Part shown: in pieces, positions 19,792 to 31,808 of the stretch | How positions within the stretch are numbered: position 1 is the first letter of the stretch | Layout of the letters: every line of letters begins with the position of its first letter | Assembly (NCBI GenBank): GCA_964461005.1 | Contig: CAYWQQ010000001.1 | Location: 5,890 to 60,229, forward strand | Length of the DNA stretch: 54,340 nt | Reading direction: 5' to 3' | Source of the DNA: an uncultured Muribaculaceae bacterium | GTDB taxonomy: Bacteria > Bacillota_I > Bacilli_A > RF39 > UBA660 | Position numbers and translations under genes: made by a program | The notes under the pieces: generated by a model | Databases searched by the model: none | What the model was told of the DNA's origin: nothing | What the model saw: the letters and a program-made list of their open reading frames with translations, nothing else

Positions 19792-20133
19792 TGGTGGAGC
19801 TGAGGGGAATTGAACCCCTGTCCAAAAACATAAGATCAAAGACTTCTACAAGCTTAGTTAATTGTTTAAATTCATTAATAATTATAGCAATTAACAACCA
19901 ATTATTAACTAGTTTAGTAATTTTCTCTATTTCTCCTAAACAAAGAAATAGTATAACTCACTTTAATGCGCTCTTAAATTTCCTCGTGAGTGAAGAAAAG
20001 GAAAGAGCTCGCCATTATTTTATTAAGCAGCGAATGCTAATTTATTATTTCCAGTTATTAAACTGATGGATTTAACGCATACCTACGACTTGCCATCTGA
20101 GCCTTACTATTTCTGTCGAAACCAAACAGCCCC
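19792..20133 (-). ncRNA. ssrA: transfer-messenger RNA (tmRNA)
   Basis: The minus strand reads 5' GGGGCTGTTTGGTTTCGACAG ... GGACAGGGGTTCAATTCCCCTCAGCTCCACCA 3', giving a tRNA-like acceptor/T-arm with encoded CCA. The internal tag frame at 20052-20023 is GGA AAT AAT AAA TTA GCA TTC GCT GCT TAA, i.e. (A)GNNKLAFAA. It lies near smpB. The 139-aa plus-strand ORF 19647..20066 overlying it is spurious. Confidence 0.93.
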
Positions 20134-20143
20134 ATGTCACTGA

Positions 20144-20172
20144 ATTATAGCATAAATTTAAAAAAGTGTAAA
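20144..20172 (-). promoter_or_regulatory. ssrA promoter (-35 TTTACA, 17-nt spacer, extended -10 TGcTATAAT)
   Basis: Reverse complement: tgtaaa at 20167-20172 and attata at 20144-20149, with TG at 20151-20152. The -10 ends 10 nt before the mature GGGG 5' end. Confidence 0.7.
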
Positions 20173-20176
20173 TTCA

Positions 20177-20205
20177 TTGTCATAAATAGCATTTTCCTTT
20201 ACAAT
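20177..20205 (+). promoter_or_regulatory. promoter of the orphan ORF (-35 TTGTCA, 17 nt, -10 TACAAT), back to back with the ssrA promoter
   Basis: TTGTCA at 20177-20182 and TACAAT at 20200-20205. SD aggtga lies 8 nt before ATG 20225. Confidence 0.65.
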
Positions 20206-20224
20206 ATAATTAGGTGATATAATT

Positions 20225-20575
20225 ATGAATAATAAGTTTTTATATTTAAATGCTGTAACTAGTCAAGAAGCTTTTTATATGATCGAATACAGTAATACTC
20301 TTCCTATTATTATCATTGAAGATAATACTTTCAAATTAGAGAAAGATTATAGTAGCCTTTATGATATAAAAGAAATTAATAATCGTAAAATTTATTGTAT
20401 AAATTATTTAAAAATTTTAGAAATTTTTATAGGAGTAGTTGTAAATAATGAACAAGTCATTGCTGAAAATATTGAAATAGTCAATAACGATTTAGAAATT
20501 GCTATTAGTAATCAAAAAATATTATTAAGAAAAGAAATTATAAATACCTTAGAAAAAAATAAAATAAAAATTTAA
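20225..20575 (+). CDS. hypothetical protein (116 aa, acidic, Asn/Ile/Glu-rich, no TM segment); no family recognised
   Basis: An ORF with its own sigma-A-like promoter, a good SD and a downstream hairpin terminator. I recognise no motif. It is oriented opposite to all its neighbours. Confidence 0.55.
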   Translation: MNNKFLYLNAVTSQEAFYMIEYSNTLPIIIIEDNTFKLEKDYSSLYDIKEINNRKIYCINYLKILEIFIGVVVNNEQVIAENIEIVNNDLEIAISNQKILLRKEIINTLEKNKIKI

Positions 20576-20600
20576 AAAGAGCATAAGCTCTTTTATTTTA
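20574..20600 (+). terminator. hairpin terminator between the convergent orphan ORF and smpB
   Basis: Stem aaagagc (20576-20582) / gctcttt (20587-20593) with loop ataa, followed by TATTTTATTT on the plus strand. Confidence 0.7.
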
Positions 20601-21036
20601 TTTGATATTTAGACTCTCTAGCAATATTCATTTTAATATCTTTTTCTTTTATAGTTTGTCTTTTATCATAATTCTTTTTACCTTTACCAATACCTAAAAG
20701 AATTTTAACTCTATTTTCTTTAAAGTATAATTTCAAAGGTACTAATGTATATCCTTCTCGATCTGTTTTCTCTTTTAATTTTAAGATTTGTTTTTTATGC
20801 AATAATAATTTTCTAGTTCTTGTTTCTTGATGATTTAAACGATCTCCTTCTTTATAAAAAGAAATGTGCATATTTAGCAAAAAAACTTCGTCTCTTTTAA
20901 TAATCGCATAACTATCTTTTAAATTTGCACTACCATTTCTAATCGCTTTTATCTCTGTACCTGTCAGAACTATTCCTGATTCATATGTTTCTTCGATAAA
21001 ATAATCATAATTAGCTTTTCTGTTTAATATTTCCAT
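20593..21036 (-). CDS. smpB: SsrA-binding protein
   Basis: 147 aa with [12 protein letters not shown] and GTEIKA motifs. It overlaps the rnr 3' end by 26 nt. Confidence 0.95.
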   Translation of the reverse strand: MEILNRKANYDYFIEETYESGIVLTGTEIKAIRNGSANLKDSYAIIKRDEVFLLNMHISFYKEGDRLNHQETRTRKLLLHKKQILKLKEKTDREGYTLVPLKLYFKENRVKILLGIGKGKKNYDKRQTIKEKDIKMNIARESKYQIK

Positions 21037-23158
21037 TTACATCGCCTCTTTTTACATTTGTTTTCGCCAAAACAAAATCAATTTCGCCACTTTCTTTTGA
21101 TGCTCCAACTAATGTAACATTTATTGTTTGACCTATTCTATACATTAAACCTGATCTTCTGGCTTTTAAATATTGCATTTCTTCATTTAATTCAAAATAG
21201 TCATTACCTATTTCTCTCATGCGAATTAGTCCTTCAATTAAGTTGTCTAATTGTACCCAAATTCCTTCTTTTCCTACATTTGCAATCAGGCCAGTAAAAT
21301 CTTCACCAATAAATTTTTCCATATATTCAGCTGATTTAATCTTTTCAACATCTCTTTCACAATTAACCGAATTAGCCTCAGTTAAAGAAGTATGATCTGC
21401 AATGTTTTGCAATTCAGTTTTCAAATATTTTTTATTACTATCTTTTATATTTAAAGCAGCTTTTAAAGAACGATGAACCATTAAATCGGGATATCTTCTA
21501 ATTGGAGATGTAAAATGAGCATAATCTGTTAAACCTAATCCAAAATGGCCAATATTATCCGTACTATAAATAGCTTTCTTCATAATAATTAAAGCTCTTT
21601 TGGATAAAACAGGGACATTTTCCGACTCAATTATGCTTAAGATATCTTGCATTCTTTGTGAAAGATTTGATCTATGACTACCCTTAATTCTAATACCTAA
21701 ACTATTAAGTAATTTTATAAAATCTTCTACTTTTTGATAGTCTGGTGCCCCGTGAATTCGATATATCAAAGGGAAATCATTTTGAGAAGCATATGTAGCA
21801 ACTGCTTCATTAGCTGCTATCATAAAGTCTTCGATCAAATTTTCTCCTAACCCCATATTTCTCTTAGAAATATTGAGTGGTTTTCCTTCACTGTCAACTT
21901 GAATTTCCATTTCAGGATTATTAAAATCTAGATATCCTCTTTTTTCTTTGTTTTTTCTTAATTTTTCTGCTAATTCCTTCATCAACATTAATTCTTCTTT
22001 AAATTGTTCATATCCTTCAGGAACAATAGATTTTTCTAAATATTCATTAACTTTTGCATATGTCATTCTTTTTGACGATCTAATAACACTTTCGTGAATT
22101 TTATAATTCAATATATTACCTTCATCATCAATTTCCATCATAACTGAAAAAGTTAAACGATCAACACCTTCATTTAATGAACAAATACCGTTTGATAATA
22201 AGTGAGGTAGCATTGGAATAACACGATCTGTCAAATATACACTATTTCCTCTTAATAAAGCATCTTTATCTAAAGAAGAGCCTTCTTTAACATAATGACT
22301 AACATCAGCAATATGAACTCCTAGTAAGTATGTGTTATCTTTAGTTTTTTCAATTTGAACAGCATCATCAAAATCCTTAGCTCCGTCTCCATCAATAGTG
22401 AAAACAGTTTGACTGCGAAGATCAACGCGATCTTCTGTTTCCTTTTCTGACACTTTGTCAGGAATATCTTTTAAACTGTCTAAAGTTTCTTGACTAAATT
22501 CAATTGGAATATTATTTGAATACACAATTGATAAAACGTCCATTCCTACATCGTCTTTATGCCCTATTACTTTTATTATTTGAGCTTTTACTTTTTTTTC
22601 TGAATCTTCTACTCTCTTAACTTGTACTTTACTTCCTAAAACAATACCTTGTGATTCTTGTTCTAATAATGTATCACTATATCTTGAATTATCAAATTTG
22701 ACATATAATAGCCCTTCTTTGCTAATCACTTCACCAACTAAGTTTTGACTATCTTTTTGAATAATTTGTCTTACATACCATTTTTTATAAAATCTTGTTT
22801 TTTCACGAACAAAAATATGATCTAATAAAACTAAATCATTATTCTCAGCTCCATTAAAATTTTCTCTTTCTATTCTAATGTCTTCTCTTTCTTTACCAAA
22901 AACATCCATTCCCATATCAACAAAACCAAAGTTACCACTTCTGTTAACTATTAATTTGCCACTAATTAAATTGGTTTTATCTACCATAATGACTTTATTT
23001 TTTTTAGTAATAATTTCACCTTTATTTTCCAAATTGATTATTTCTTGATGAAATTGTTTTATTTCTTCGACTTCAGTTAATTTTAATTCGTTAATTAAAT
23101 CAATCAAACTAATTTTTCTGTTCATTTTTTTTAGTTTTTCTAATATTTTATCTTGCAT
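21011..23158 (-). CDS. rnr: ribonuclease R
   Basis: RNB catalytic domain ([12 protein letters not shown]), cold-shock-like N-terminal domains and a C-terminal S1 domain. The start is corrected to ATG 23158 (MQDKILEKL), with SD aggag 8 nt upstream. The ORF-track ATG 23179 lies inside a TATAAT box. Confidence 0.9.
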   Translation of the reverse strand: MQDKILEKLKKMNRKISLIDLINELKLTEVEEIKQFHQEIINLENKGEIITKKNKVIMVDKTNLISGKLIVNRSGNFGFVDMGMDVFGKEREDIRIERENFNGAENNDLVLLDHIFVREKTRFYKKWYVRQIIQKDSQNLVGEVISKEGLLYVKFDNSRYSDTLLEQESQGIVLGSKVQVKRVEDSEKKVKAQIIKVIGHKDDVGMDVLSIVYSNNIPIEFSQETLDSLKDIPDKVSEKETEDRVDLRSQTVFTIDGDGAKDFDDAVQIEKTKDNTYLLGVHIADVSHYVKEGSSLDKDALLRGNSVYLTDRVIPMLPHLLSNGICSLNEGVDRLTFSVMMEIDDEGNILNYKIHESVIRSSKRMTYAKVNEYLEKSIVPEGYEQFKEELMLMKELAEKLRKNKEKRGYLDFNNPEMEIQVDSEGKPLNISKRNMGLGENLIEDFMIAANEAVATYASQNDFPLIYRIHGAPDYQKVEDFIKLLNSLGIRIKGSHRSNLSQRMQDILSIIESENVPVLSKRALIIMKKAIYSTDNIGHFGLGLTDYAHFTSPIRRYPDLMVHRSLKAALNIKDSNKKYLKTELQNIADHTSLTEANSVNCERDVEKIKSAEYMEKFIGEDFTGLIANVGKEGIWVQLDNLIEGLIRMREIGNDYFELNEEMQYLKARRSGLMYRIGQTINVTLVGASKESGEIDFVLAKTNVKRGDVNGNIKQKS

Positions 23159-23181
23159 TTTACACGCTCCTAACTTCATTA

Positions 23182-23212
23182 TAAAATAAAAAAGACTTAT
23201 TACAAAGTCTTT
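23182..23212 (-). terminator. rho-independent terminator after secG
   Basis: Stem aaagact (23191-23197) / agtcttt (23206-23212), followed on the minus strand by TTTTATTTTAT. Confidence 0.75.
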
Positions 23213-23216
23213 TTAT

Positions 23217-23429
23217 TTAAAATGATAAAAATAGACATAAAAAGAAAAACAACATCCCAATTACCATTGTAAATCTACTTATAAATAATTCCCCACCACG
23301 TTCTTTACGATTAGCAAAAAGATTAGAGTTTCCACCCAACATTGCTTGAGCAGTACCCTCTGCTTTTCCACTTTGTAATAAAACAATAGCAATCAAAATT
23401 ACTGATACTACCATTAATAAAATTTCCAT
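23217..23429 (-). CDS. secG: preprotein translocase subunit SecG
   Basis: The start is corrected to ATG 23429 (MEILLMVVSVILIAIVLLQSGKAEG, a typical SecG N-terminus), with SD gaggaag upstream. Confidence 0.8.
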   Translation of the reverse strand: MEILLMVVSVILIAIVLLQSGKAEGTAQAMLGGNSNLFANRKERGGELFISRFTMVIGMLFFFLCLFLSF

Positions 23430-23486
23430 ATTCATCTTCCTCTCAAGTGCTATAACTAATTTATCATATTTTAAAATATTTAGCAA

Positions 23487-23508
23487 TAAAAGGGAGAAAT
23501 CTCCCTTT
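23487..23508 (-). terminator. rho-independent terminator after rpoC
   Basis: Stem agggag (23491-23496) / ctccct (23501-23506), flanked by A/T runs. It lies directly 3' of the rpoC stop at 23511. Confidence 0.75.
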
Positions 23509-23510
23509 TA

Positions 23511-26500
23511 TTATTCCATTAAAGATTCTTCAAGAACATCAAGAGGATCAGCGTCCATAAATTCTTTTTCTAGACTATAATCTACTTGAGAGTATTTTTT
23601 GGCTCCTGTTCCAGCTGGAATAAGTTTTCCAATAATAACGTTCTCTTTTAATCCTGTTAACTTATCAATTTTACCTTTCATAGCTGCATCTGTTAAAATT
23701 CTAGTTGTTTCTTGAAATGATGCTGCTGATAAGAATGAATCTGTTTCTAATGATGCTTTAGTAATTCCTAATAAAACAGGTCTTCCCGTTGCCGGATTCT
23801 TGTCTTCTAAAATTACTTTTTTATTAGCTTCTGTGAATTCTTTTAATGAAATTGTCTTACCATTAATTAAATCTGTATCACCTGTATCAACAACTTTTAT
23901 TCTAGATATCATTCTACGAGCAATAACTTCAATATGTTTATCAGATATTTCAACACCTTGTGTTGAATATATTTTTTGAATTTCTTTAAGAATATATTCT
24001 TGAACTGTAAATGGGTCTGTTACTGCTAATAATTCTTTTGGACTAATATTTCCTTCAGTAAGTCTATCTCCTGCAGTCACTGTAGCTCCTTCACTTACTC
24101 TTAATTTAATTCCGTAATTAGTTAAATGTTCTTTGGCTGTAATATCGTTTTCAATGATAACTTTATAACGCCCATTCGCATTTTCAATTTTAGCTACTGT
24201 TCCAGAAATTTCAGCAATTGTTGCTTTACCTTTTGGAATACGAGCTTCAAACAATTCTTGAACACGTGGTAAACCTAATGTAATATCTGCTCCACCAGCT
24301 ACACCACCTGTATGGAATGTTCTCATTGTTAATTGTGTTCCTGGTTCTCCAATTGATTGAGCAGCCATAATACCTACAGCTTCTCCAATTTCAATAAGAT
24401 TACCAGTTGCTAAATTACGTCCATAACATTTTTGACAAACACCATTTGTTGTTTTACATGTTAAAATGTTTCTAATTTCAACTGCTTTAACACCTGCCTT
24501 TTCAATTTTTTCAGCAATGTTTTCAGTTATTAAAACATCTTTTTCAACGATAACTTCTTTAGTATTAGGATCAATAACCTTCTTATTTGTATATCTTCCT
24601 AAAATACGGTTATATAATTTTTCTATTACATCTACTGTCCCTAATTTTTCATCTGTAAAATCACGAACCACAACACCTTGGCTTGTCTTACAATCATCTT
24701 CTCTAACAATAATATCTTGAACAACATCAACTAATCTTCTTGTTAAGTATCCAGAGTCAGCAGTTTTTAAAGCTGTATCAGCTGAACCTTTTCTAGAAGC
24801 ATGTCCTGATAAGAAAAATTCTGAAACTGTTAAACCATCTCTAAATGAAGATTTAACTGGTATTTCAACTTCTCCTCCACCTGGTTTAGCCATTAATCCA
24901 CGCATACCTGCTAATTGAGTAAATTGACTAATACTACCACGAGCCTTAGAATTCATCATAATAAATACTGGGTTAGTATAATTATCTTTTATATATGTAC
25001 TTAATTCTTCAGTTATTAGTTTTTTAGCTTTTGACCAAGTTTCAATAACATTAGCATATTTTTCTGTTTCCGTTATTAAACCTCTCTTATAATTTTTATT
25101 TATAAGTTCAACAGCTGCTTGACTATCTTCTAATATTTGTGTTTTATTTTTACTTGTTACTATATCACTAATAGCAAAAGTAATTCCTGATTTAGTTGAA
25201 TATTTAAATCCTAAATCTTTTAATTTATCCAACATTATTGATGTTTCTGTAGTTTTATATCTCTTAAAAATTTGTGCTATTATTTTTTCTAAATCTTTAC
25301 TACCAAATGGTTTAGAATAAGGAACTTTTTCTAATTCTTTCTTAATATTTAATAAATTATCTAAGAAATAAATACTAGGAGTTATTCCTTCAATATTTGC
25401 TGTTGTAGCTTCATTTATATATTGAAAAGTATCTGGTAATATTTCATTAAATTTAATTTTTCCAACAGTTGTTATTAAATATTTATTTTTATATTCATCG
25501 ATAAAAACTTTATATTTGAAAGATTTAACTGGAAGAACTATTCTAGTGTGTAATTCAATATTACCTCTTTCATATTCCATTAAAGCTTCATTTGGATTAA
25601 CAAAGATTCTTCCTTCATTCTCACTTGGTTTTTCAATAGTAATATAAAAATTACCTAATATCATATCTTGAGTTGGTGTAATAATTGGTTTCCCGTCTTT
25701 AGGATTCAAAATATTATTTGCACCTAACATTAAAACTCTAGCTTCTGCTTTAGCTTCTTCTGACAATGGAACATGAACTGCCATTTGGTCTCCATCGAAG
25801 TCAGCATTAAAAGCTGTAGTTACTAATGGATGTAATCTAATAGCGCGACCACTTACTAATATAGGCTCAAATGCTTGAATACCTAGTCTATGTAATGTTG
25901 GTGCTCTATTTAATAATACTGGATGTTCTTTTATTACATCTTCAACTATATCCCAAACTTTTTCATTCTTATTTTCAATCATTTTTTTGGCAGATTTAAT
26001 ATTGTGAATAATTTCTCTTTTTACTAATTCTCTAATAACATGTGGTTTAAATAATTCTAAAGCCATTTCTTTTGGAAGTCCACATTGATACATTTTAAGA
26101 CTTGGACCAGCTACGATAACTGATCTACCTGAGTAATCAACACGTCTTCCAAGCAAATGTTGACGAAAACGGCCTTGTTTTCCTTTTAACATATTACTTA
26201 AAGATTTCAAAGGTCTATTGTTTGCTCCTGTTACATTTCTACCTCTTCTACCATTATCAAATAATGCATCTACAGCTTCTTGTAACATTCTCTTTTCATT
26301 ACGAATAATAATAGAAGGAGCGTTTAAATCAATTAATTTTTTTAAACGATTATTACGATTAATTACTCTTCTATATAAATCATTTAAATCACTTGTTGCA
26401 AATCTTCCACCATCCAATTGAATCATCGGCCTTAATTCCGGTGGTAAAACTGGAATTGCATCCATAACTATCCATTCTGGCTTGTTTCCTGATTGATAGA

Positions 26501-27146
26501 AAGAATCTAATACTTCTAATCTTTTTAATAATCTTATTTTCTTTTGACCTTGAGCTTCTACTAAATCACTATTAATATCTTCAATTTCTTTTTTCAAATC
26601 TAATTCTTTTAATAATTTTTTAATAGCTTCTGCTCCCATGCCAACTTGAAAACCTTCACCATATTTTTCATAATATGCATTATATTCACGATCTGATAAA
26701 GTTTGTTTCTTTTGCAAAGGAGTTATTCCAGCATCAATAACTACGTAAGATACAAAGTATAATACTTCTTCTAAATCTCTTGGTGACATATCTAATAACA
26801 TACCCATTCTTGATGGAGTACCCTTAAAAAACCAAATATGGGAAACTGGAGTAGCTAATTCAATATGTCCCATTCTTTCTCTTCTTACTTTAGCTTTTGT
26901 TACTTCAACGCCACATTTATCACAAATAATTCCTTTATATCTAATTTTTTTATATTTTCCACAAGAACATTCGTAATCTTTGCTTGGCCCAAATATTTTT
27001 TCACAGAAAAGACCATCTCTTTCTGGCTTTAACGTACGATAGTTAATAGTCTCAGGCTTTTTGATTTCTCCATGTGACCATTCTCTAATCTTTTCAGGTG
27101 AGGCAATTGCGATTTTTATAGCATTTAATTTATCTACATCAATCAT
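23511..27146 (-). CDS. rpoC: DNA-directed RNA polymerase subunit beta'
   Basis: 1211 aa with the NADFDGD catalytic motif and zinc-binding Cys clusters. The ATG overlaps the rpoB stop (TAATG). Confidence 0.98.
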   Translation of the reverse strand: MIDVDKLNAIKIAIASPEKIREWSHGEIKKPETINYRTLKPERDGLFCEKIFGPSKDYECSCGKYKKIRYKGIICDKCGVEVTKAKVRRERMGHIELATPVSHIWFFKGTPSRMGMLLDMSPRDLEEVLYFVSYVVIDAGITPLQKKQTLSDREYNAYYEKYGEGFQVGMGAEAIKKLLKELDLKKEIEDINSDLVEAQGQKKIRLLKRLEVLDSFYQSGNKPEWIVMDAIPVLPPELRPMIQLDGGRFATSDLNDLYRRVINRNNRLKKLIDLNAPSIIIRNEKRMLQEAVDALFDNGRRGRNVTGANNRPLKSLSNMLKGKQGRFRQHLLGRRVDYSGRSVIVAGPSLKMYQCGLPKEMALELFKPHVIRELVKREIIHNIKSAKKMIENKNEKVWDIVEDVIKEHPVLLNRAPTLHRLGIQAFEPILVSGRAIRLHPLVTTAFNADFDGDQMAVHVPLSEEAKAEARVLMLGANNILNPKDGKPIITPTQDMILGNFYITIEKPSENEGRIFVNPNEALMEYERGNIELHTRIVLPVKSFKYKVFIDEYKNKYLITTVGKIKFNEILPDTFQYINEATTANIEGITPSIYFLDNLLNIKKELEKVPYSKPFGSKDLEKIIAQIFKRYKTTETSIMLDKLKDLGFKYSTKSGITFAISDIVTSKNKTQILEDSQAAVELINKNYKRGLITETEKYANVIETWSKAKKLITEELSTYIKDNYTNPVFIMMNSKARGSISQFTQLAGMRGLMAKPGGGEVEIPVKSSFRDGLTVSEFFLSGHASRKGSADTALKTADSGYLTRRLVDVVQDIIVREDDCKTSQGVVVRDFTDEKLGTVDVIEKLYNRILGRYTNKKVIDPNTKEVIVEKDVLITENIAEKIEKAGVKAVEIRNILTCKTTNGVCQKCYGRNLATGNLIEIGEAVGIMAAQSIGEPGTQLTMRTFHTGGVAGGADITLGLPRVQELFEARIPKGKATIAEISGTVAKIENANGRYKVIIENDITAKEHLTNYGIKLRVSEGATVTAGDRLTEGNISPKELLAVTDPFTVQEYILKEIQKIYSTQGVEISDKHIEVIARRMISRIKVVDTGDTDLINGKTISLKEFTEANKKVILEDKNPATGRPVLLGITKASLETDSFLSAASFQETTRILTDAAMKGKIDKLTGLKENVIIGKLIPAGTGAKKYSQVDYSLEKEFMDADPLDVLEESLME

Positions 27147-30100
27147 TATTTTTCCCCCTCTCCATCTTCAAAAATATTATTATTTCGATTTGATTTTTCA
27201 TCAATATCTTCTATTTCTTCAATTGAAAGCATCTGCGTTGTTTTATTATCTTCGTCTTCTAATTGTTTTAATTCTATTTCTTCAAATTTATCGTTGATAA
27301 TAGAAATATCCAACCCCAAAGCTTGAAATTCTTTTATTAACACTTTAAATGATTCCGGAATTCCAGCTTGATGAATTTCTTTTCCTTTAACAATTGCTTC
27401 ATATACCTTAACTCTACCAACAACATCATCTGATTTAACTGTTAAAATTTCTTGTAAAATGTTAGCAGCTCCATATGCATATAGAGCCCAAACTTCCATT
27501 TCTCCAAAACGTTGTCCACCAAATTGTGCTTTTCCACCTAATGGTTGTTGAGTTACAAGAGAATATGGTCCAGTTGAACGTGCATGCAATTTATCATCAA
27601 CCATATGCATCAATTTAATCATGTACATGACTCCAACACTGATTCTACTATCAAATTTTTCTCCAGTTCTTCCATCATAAAGATCTGTTTTACCATCTTT
27701 TGCCATTTTTGCTTTTTCCATCATGGCTTCGATTTCTTCATATTTAGCTCCATCAAATGCTGGAGTTGCAACATGCAAACCTAATTTTTTAGCAGCCATA
27801 CCTAAATGTAATTCTAATACTTGTCCTAAGTTCATACGTGATGGAACTCCCAATGGATTCAATAAAATATCTACTGGTGTACCATCTGGTAAGTATGGCA
27901 TATCTTCTTTTGGTAAAACCAAAGAAATAACACCTTTGTTTCCATGACGCCCTGCCATTTTATCTCCAACACCAATTTTTCTCTTTTGTGCGATGAAGAT
28001 TTTAACTGTTTTTAATACTCCTGAAGGAATATCTTCATTTTCCTTTTTAGTATATACTTTAATATCGCTAACGATGCCATCCGCTCCGTGAGCAACCCTT
28101 AAAGATGTATCTCTAACTTCTCTAGTTTTTTCTCCAAAAATAGCATGTAATAATTTTTCTTCGCTAGTTAATTCAACCATTCCTTTTGGAGTAACCTTAC
28201 CAACTAAAATATCCCCTTCTTTTACTTCTGTACCTACACGAACAATACCATCTATATCAAGATTCTTTCGTGCTTCTTCAGAAACATTTGGAATATCTCT
28301 AGTAATTTCTTCTGGTCCTAATTTTGTGTCACGACATTCTATATCATAACTTTCAATTTTAATTGATGTATAAGCATCATCTAAAACTAATTCTTCATTT
28401 AAAATAATTGCATCTTCATAGTTATAACCATTAAATGTCATAAAAGCTACTACTACGTTACGTCCAACAGCTATTTCTCCTTGATCAACACTTGGACCAT
28501 CAGTAATTATTTGTCCTTTTTTAATTTTTTCTCCAATTTTAACGATTGGTCTTTGATGATAACAAGTAGCTGAGTTTGATCTTTCAAAATTTGCTAGATC
28601 ATATGTGATTTTTCCTTCTTTACTATCAATAATTATTTTTTTGCCATCTACGTAGTCAACAATACCATCTATTTTTGAAACTATTGCAGCTCCACTATCT
28701 CTAGCTGCTACGGCCTCTGTTCCTGTTGCGACAATTGGTGCTTCAGGTTTTAATAAAGGTAAAGCTTGACGTTGCATGTTTGCACCCATAAGTGCTCTAG
28801 TAGCGTCATCGTGTTCCAAGAAAGGAATACAACTTGTAATTACTGAAATAATTTGTTGAGGAGAAACATCAACATAATTAACTGAATCTGCTTTTGCAGA
28901 AACAACTTCATCTTGGTAACGAGCAATAATATTATCTTCAATAATTTCATTATTATCATTTATTTCTACAGTTGCTGGAACAATAACATAATCATATTCT
29001 TCATCAGCTGTAAAATATTCAATTTTGTCTGTAAGTTTTCTATTTTCCACTTTACGATATGGTGTCATAATGAAACCATAATCATTTATCTTAGCATATC
29101 CTGCAAGTGATGTGATTAATCCAATGTTAGGTCCTTCTGGAGATTCAACTGGGCAAATTCTTCCGTAATGAGAAGCATTAACGTCTCTTACTTCCATACC
29201 TGCGCGATCTCTTGATAAACCTCCAGGTCCTAGAGCTGATAAACGACGTTTATTAGTCATTTCAGACATAGGATTTACTTGATCCATAAATTGAGATAAT
29301 TGACTACTTCCAAAGAATTCTTTTAAAATAGCTGTAACGGGACGAATATTTATAAGAGTTTTTGGAGTTGCTGTCTCAAGATCAATTGTAGTCATTCTTT
29401 CACGAATAACTCTTTCCATACGAGAAACACCAATTCTAAATTGATTTTGTAATAATTCTCCCACTTGTCTAATTCTTCTGTTTGCTAAATGATCAATTTC
29501 ATCAATTTTACCAATTCCATCTAAAAGATTTAAATAGTATGAAATTGATGCGTAAACATCAGCAATAGTTAATCTCTTACAGTCTTCATTAATGTCTCCA
29601 CCAATTATTTTAATTATTTTTTCATTATTTACTTTTGAATATACAGATATAATTTGTACTTTGTTATGACTGTCTAAGTCTTCATTGATTTTAACTTCTG
29701 TTATTCCATAGCCAGAATGAATTATTGGTTTTATTTGATCTAAAATTTCTCTAGTAATTAATGTTCCTTTTTCTGCTATCAATTTCTTGCCATCTTTTAT
29801 ATCTTCGGCAAGAACTGTATTCAACAAACGATCACAAATGTCTAGTTTTTTATTGAATTTATAACGACCTACTTTTGCTAAATCATATCTTAAATCATCA
29901 AAAAATTTTACTATTAATTGATTTTTTGCACTATCTAATGTTGCAGGTTCACCTGGTCTTAATCTTTCATATATTTCAATTAATGCTTCTTCTTTGTTTT
30001 TTGTCATATCTTTTACAAGAGTATTTTTAATATATTCATTATCTCCAAATAATTCAAGTATATTTTCGTCAGAAGATAATCCTAATGCTCTTAAGAAAGT

Positions 30101-30679
30101 TGTAATAAATACTTTTCTTGAGCGATCAATTCTAACATGCAAAATATCACGAGCATCTGTTTCATATTCTAACCAAGTTCCTCTAGTTGGAATAATTTCT
30201 GAAGAAAAAACACTTTTACCATTTTTGTCTATTTCTTTTTTAAAATATACGCTAGGAGAACGAAGTAATTGAGAAACAATTACCCTTTCAGCTCCATTAA
30301 TAATAAAAGTTCCGGTTTCTGTCATTAAAGGAATATCACCCAAGAAAACTTCTTGTTCTTTTATTTCTCCTGTCTCATTGTTTAAAAGACGTGCCTCCAC
30401 TTTAAGTGGTGCGGCATACGTCGCTTCTCGATCTTTGCTATCTTTTTTAGAATGTCTTGGCTTTTCAAAATGAAATTCACCAAAATCTAGGGATAATGTT
30501 CCAGAACGGCCTTCTACTGGGAAAAAATCATTAAAGACTTCTTTAATTCCTTCAGTAATAAACCATTGATAAGATTTCGTCTGTATTTCTAATAAATTTT
30601 CCATTTTAACGATATTTTCTACCTTAGAAAAATCTACTCTTTCACGATAATCTCCAAACTTTTTTAACTTATAAGACAT
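27146..30679 (-). CDS. rpoB: DNA-directed RNA polymerase subunit beta
   Basis: 1177 aa with canonical beta-subunit blocks (rifampicin cluster region [25 protein letters not shown]). Confidence 0.98.
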   Translation of the reverse strand: MSYKLKKFGDYRERVDFSKVENIVKMENLLEIQTKSYQWFITEGIKEVFNDFFPVEGRSGTLSLDFGEFHFEKPRHSKKDSKDREATYAAPLKVEARLLNNETGEIKEQEVFLGDIPLMTETGTFIINGAERVIVSQLLRSPSVYFKKEIDKNGKSVFSSEIIPTRGTWLEYETDARDILHVRIDRSRKVFITTFLRALGLSSDENILELFGDNEYIKNTLVKDMTKNKEEALIEIYERLRPGEPATLDSAKNQLIVKFFDDLRYDLAKVGRYKFNKKLDICDRLLNTVLAEDIKDGKKLIAEKGTLITREILDQIKPIIHSGYGITEVKINEDLDSHNKVQIISVYSKVNNEKIIKIIGGDINEDCKRLTIADVYASISYYLNLLDGIGKIDEIDHLANRRIRQVGELLQNQFRIGVSRMERVIRERMTTIDLETATPKTLINIRPVTAILKEFFGSSQLSQFMDQVNPMSEMTNKRRLSALGPGGLSRDRAGMEVRDVNASHYGRICPVESPEGPNIGLITSLAGYAKINDYGFIMTPYRKVENRKLTDKIEYFTADEEYDYVIVPATVEINDNNEIIEDNIIARYQDEVVSAKADSVNYVDVSPQQIISVITSCIPFLEHDDATRALMGANMQRQALPLLKPEAPIVATGTEAVAARDSGAAIVSKIDGIVDYVDGKKIIIDSKEGKITYDLANFERSNSATCYHQRPIVKIGEKIKKGQIITDGPSVDQGEIAVGRNVVVAFMTFNGYNYEDAIILNEELVLDDAYTSIKIESYDIECRDTKLGPEEITRDIPNVSEEARKNLDIDGIVRVGTEVKEGDILVGKVTPKGMVELTSEEKLLHAIFGEKTREVRDTSLRVAHGADGIVSDIKVYTKKENEDIPSGVLKTVKIFIAQKRKIGVGDKMAGRHGNKGVISLVLPKEDMPYLPDGTPVDILLNPLGVPSRMNLGQVLELHLGMAAKKLGLHVATPAFDGAKYEEIEAMMEKAKMAKDGKTDLYDGRTGEKFDSRISVGVMYMIKLMHMVDDKLHARSTGPYSLVTQQPLGGKAQFGGQRFGEMEVWALYAYGAANILQEILTVKSDDVVGRVKVYEAIVKGKEIHQAGIPESFKVLIKEFQALGLDISIINDKFEEIELKQLEDEDNKTTQMLSIEEIEDIDEKSNRNNNIFEDGEGEK

Positions 30680-30748
30680 CTTTTCACCCCAATATCAAAT
30701 TTTTCAAAGAACATGTTTATAAAAACATAGTACCAATTTAAGATTTTA

Positions 30749-31351
30749 TCAAACAACAAGCTCTGTGTCAATAATTTTGCAACAAACGATAAAAAAACCT
30801 TTATCTTTTTTTACTATAGATAAATTATATGTTTCCTTCATTTTTTTTATTATTGTCTTTGCCCCTTGTTCTCTTCTAATTACAAACCACAATTCTCCAT
30901 TGCTTTTGAGATATTCTTTTGCTTGAAAAAGAAACTTTTCAACGACTTCTTTTCCTGCTCTTATTGGTGGATTAGTAATTATGTAATCATATTTATTATT
31001 AATATTATTATAAACATTACTTTCAAAAACATTTACTTTCTCTTTAAATTTTTTTGTGTTTCTTTTTGCCAAATGTAAGGCTCTAAGATTTACATCAACC
31101 ATATCAATAATAGCTGGAGTTTTTTCTGCTAATATATAACCAACAACACCATATCCACATCCTAAGTCTAATACCCTACCATTAATTTGTAATAAAGGTA
31201 AAGAGTTAATCAGTAGCTTTGTTCCATAATCTAGTTTGTTTTTTGAAAAAACACCATTATCTGTAAACATCTGATATTTTTTATTGAGCAATTCGAATTC
31301 TATTATCATTGTTTCTGATTCTAAATTACTGTTTTCAAAATATTGACTCAT
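30749..31351 (-). CDS. class I SAM-dependent methyltransferase, RsmC/YbxB-like (MTS domain)
   Basis: 200 aa with the VLDLGCGYG SAM motif and NPPIRAG catalytic motif. It occupies the same position between rplL and rpoB as B. subtilis ybxB. Confidence 0.78.
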   Translation of the reverse strand: MSQYFENSNLESETMIIEFELLNKKYQMFTDNGVFSKNKLDYGTKLLINSLPLLQINGRVLDLGCGYGVVGYILAEKTPAIIDMVDVNLRALHLAKRNTKKFKEKVNVFESNVYNNINNKYDYIITNPPIRAGKEVVEKFLFQAKEYLKSNGELWFVIRREQGAKTIIKKMKETYNLSIVKKDKGFFIVCCKIIDTELVV

Positions 31352-31373
31352 ATTTCTCCTTTTAAGGACAGTT

Positions 31374-31405
31374 AAAGCCTATATTAATTAATCAATATAG
31401 GCTTT
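31374..31405 (-). terminator. 12-bp perfect hairpin after rplL (possible terminator or attenuator; no U-tail)
   Basis: Stem aaagcctatatt (31374-31385) / aatataggcttt (31394-31405). The lack of a T-run on the transcribed strand lowers confidence in intrinsic termination. Confidence 0.4.
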
Positions 31406-31417
31406 CCTATTACAAAT

Positions 31418-31783
31418 TTATTTTAATTCAACTGTTGCGCCAGCTTCTTCAAGCTTAGCTTTAATTTCATTTGCTTCATCGATTTTTGCGTTTTCTTTAA
31501 CGTTTCCACCAGCATCTGCTATGTCTTTAGCTTCTTTGATTCCTAAACCAGTAATTTCTCTAATGATTTTAATTACTTGTAATTTGTTTGCACCTGCTGC
31601 TGTAATAACTACAGTTGCAGTTGAAGGTCCTTCTTCTACTGCTGCTAATGGTGCTGCAGCTACTGCTACAGAACTTGGATCAACACCTAATTCTTCTTTC
31701 ATTGCATCTACTAATTCTTTGATTTCTAATAAAGTCATTTCTTTTAACGCTTCGATAAATGTTCCTTTTGTTAATTTTGCCAT
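31418..31783 (-). CDS. rplL: 50S ribosomal protein L7/L12
   Basis: The start is corrected to ATG 31783 (MAKLTKGTFIEALKEMTLLEIKELV), with SD aaggagg upstream. Confidence 0.96.
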   Translation of the reverse strand: MAKLTKGTFIEALKEMTLLEIKELVDAMKEELGVDPSSVAVAAAPLAAVEEGPSTATVVITAAGANKLQVIKIIREITGLGIKEAKDIADAGGNVKENAKIDEANEIKAKLEEAGATVELK

Positions 31784-31808
31784 TTTATTTTCCTCCTTAT
31801 TTTTTAAA

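Noticed and set aside
19647-20066. 139-aa plus-strand ORF in the supplied track
   Set aside because: It lies antisense to, and almost entirely over, the tmRNA gene (19792-20133) and its terminator. The sequence is low-complexity, there is no SD, and the RNA gene explains the region.
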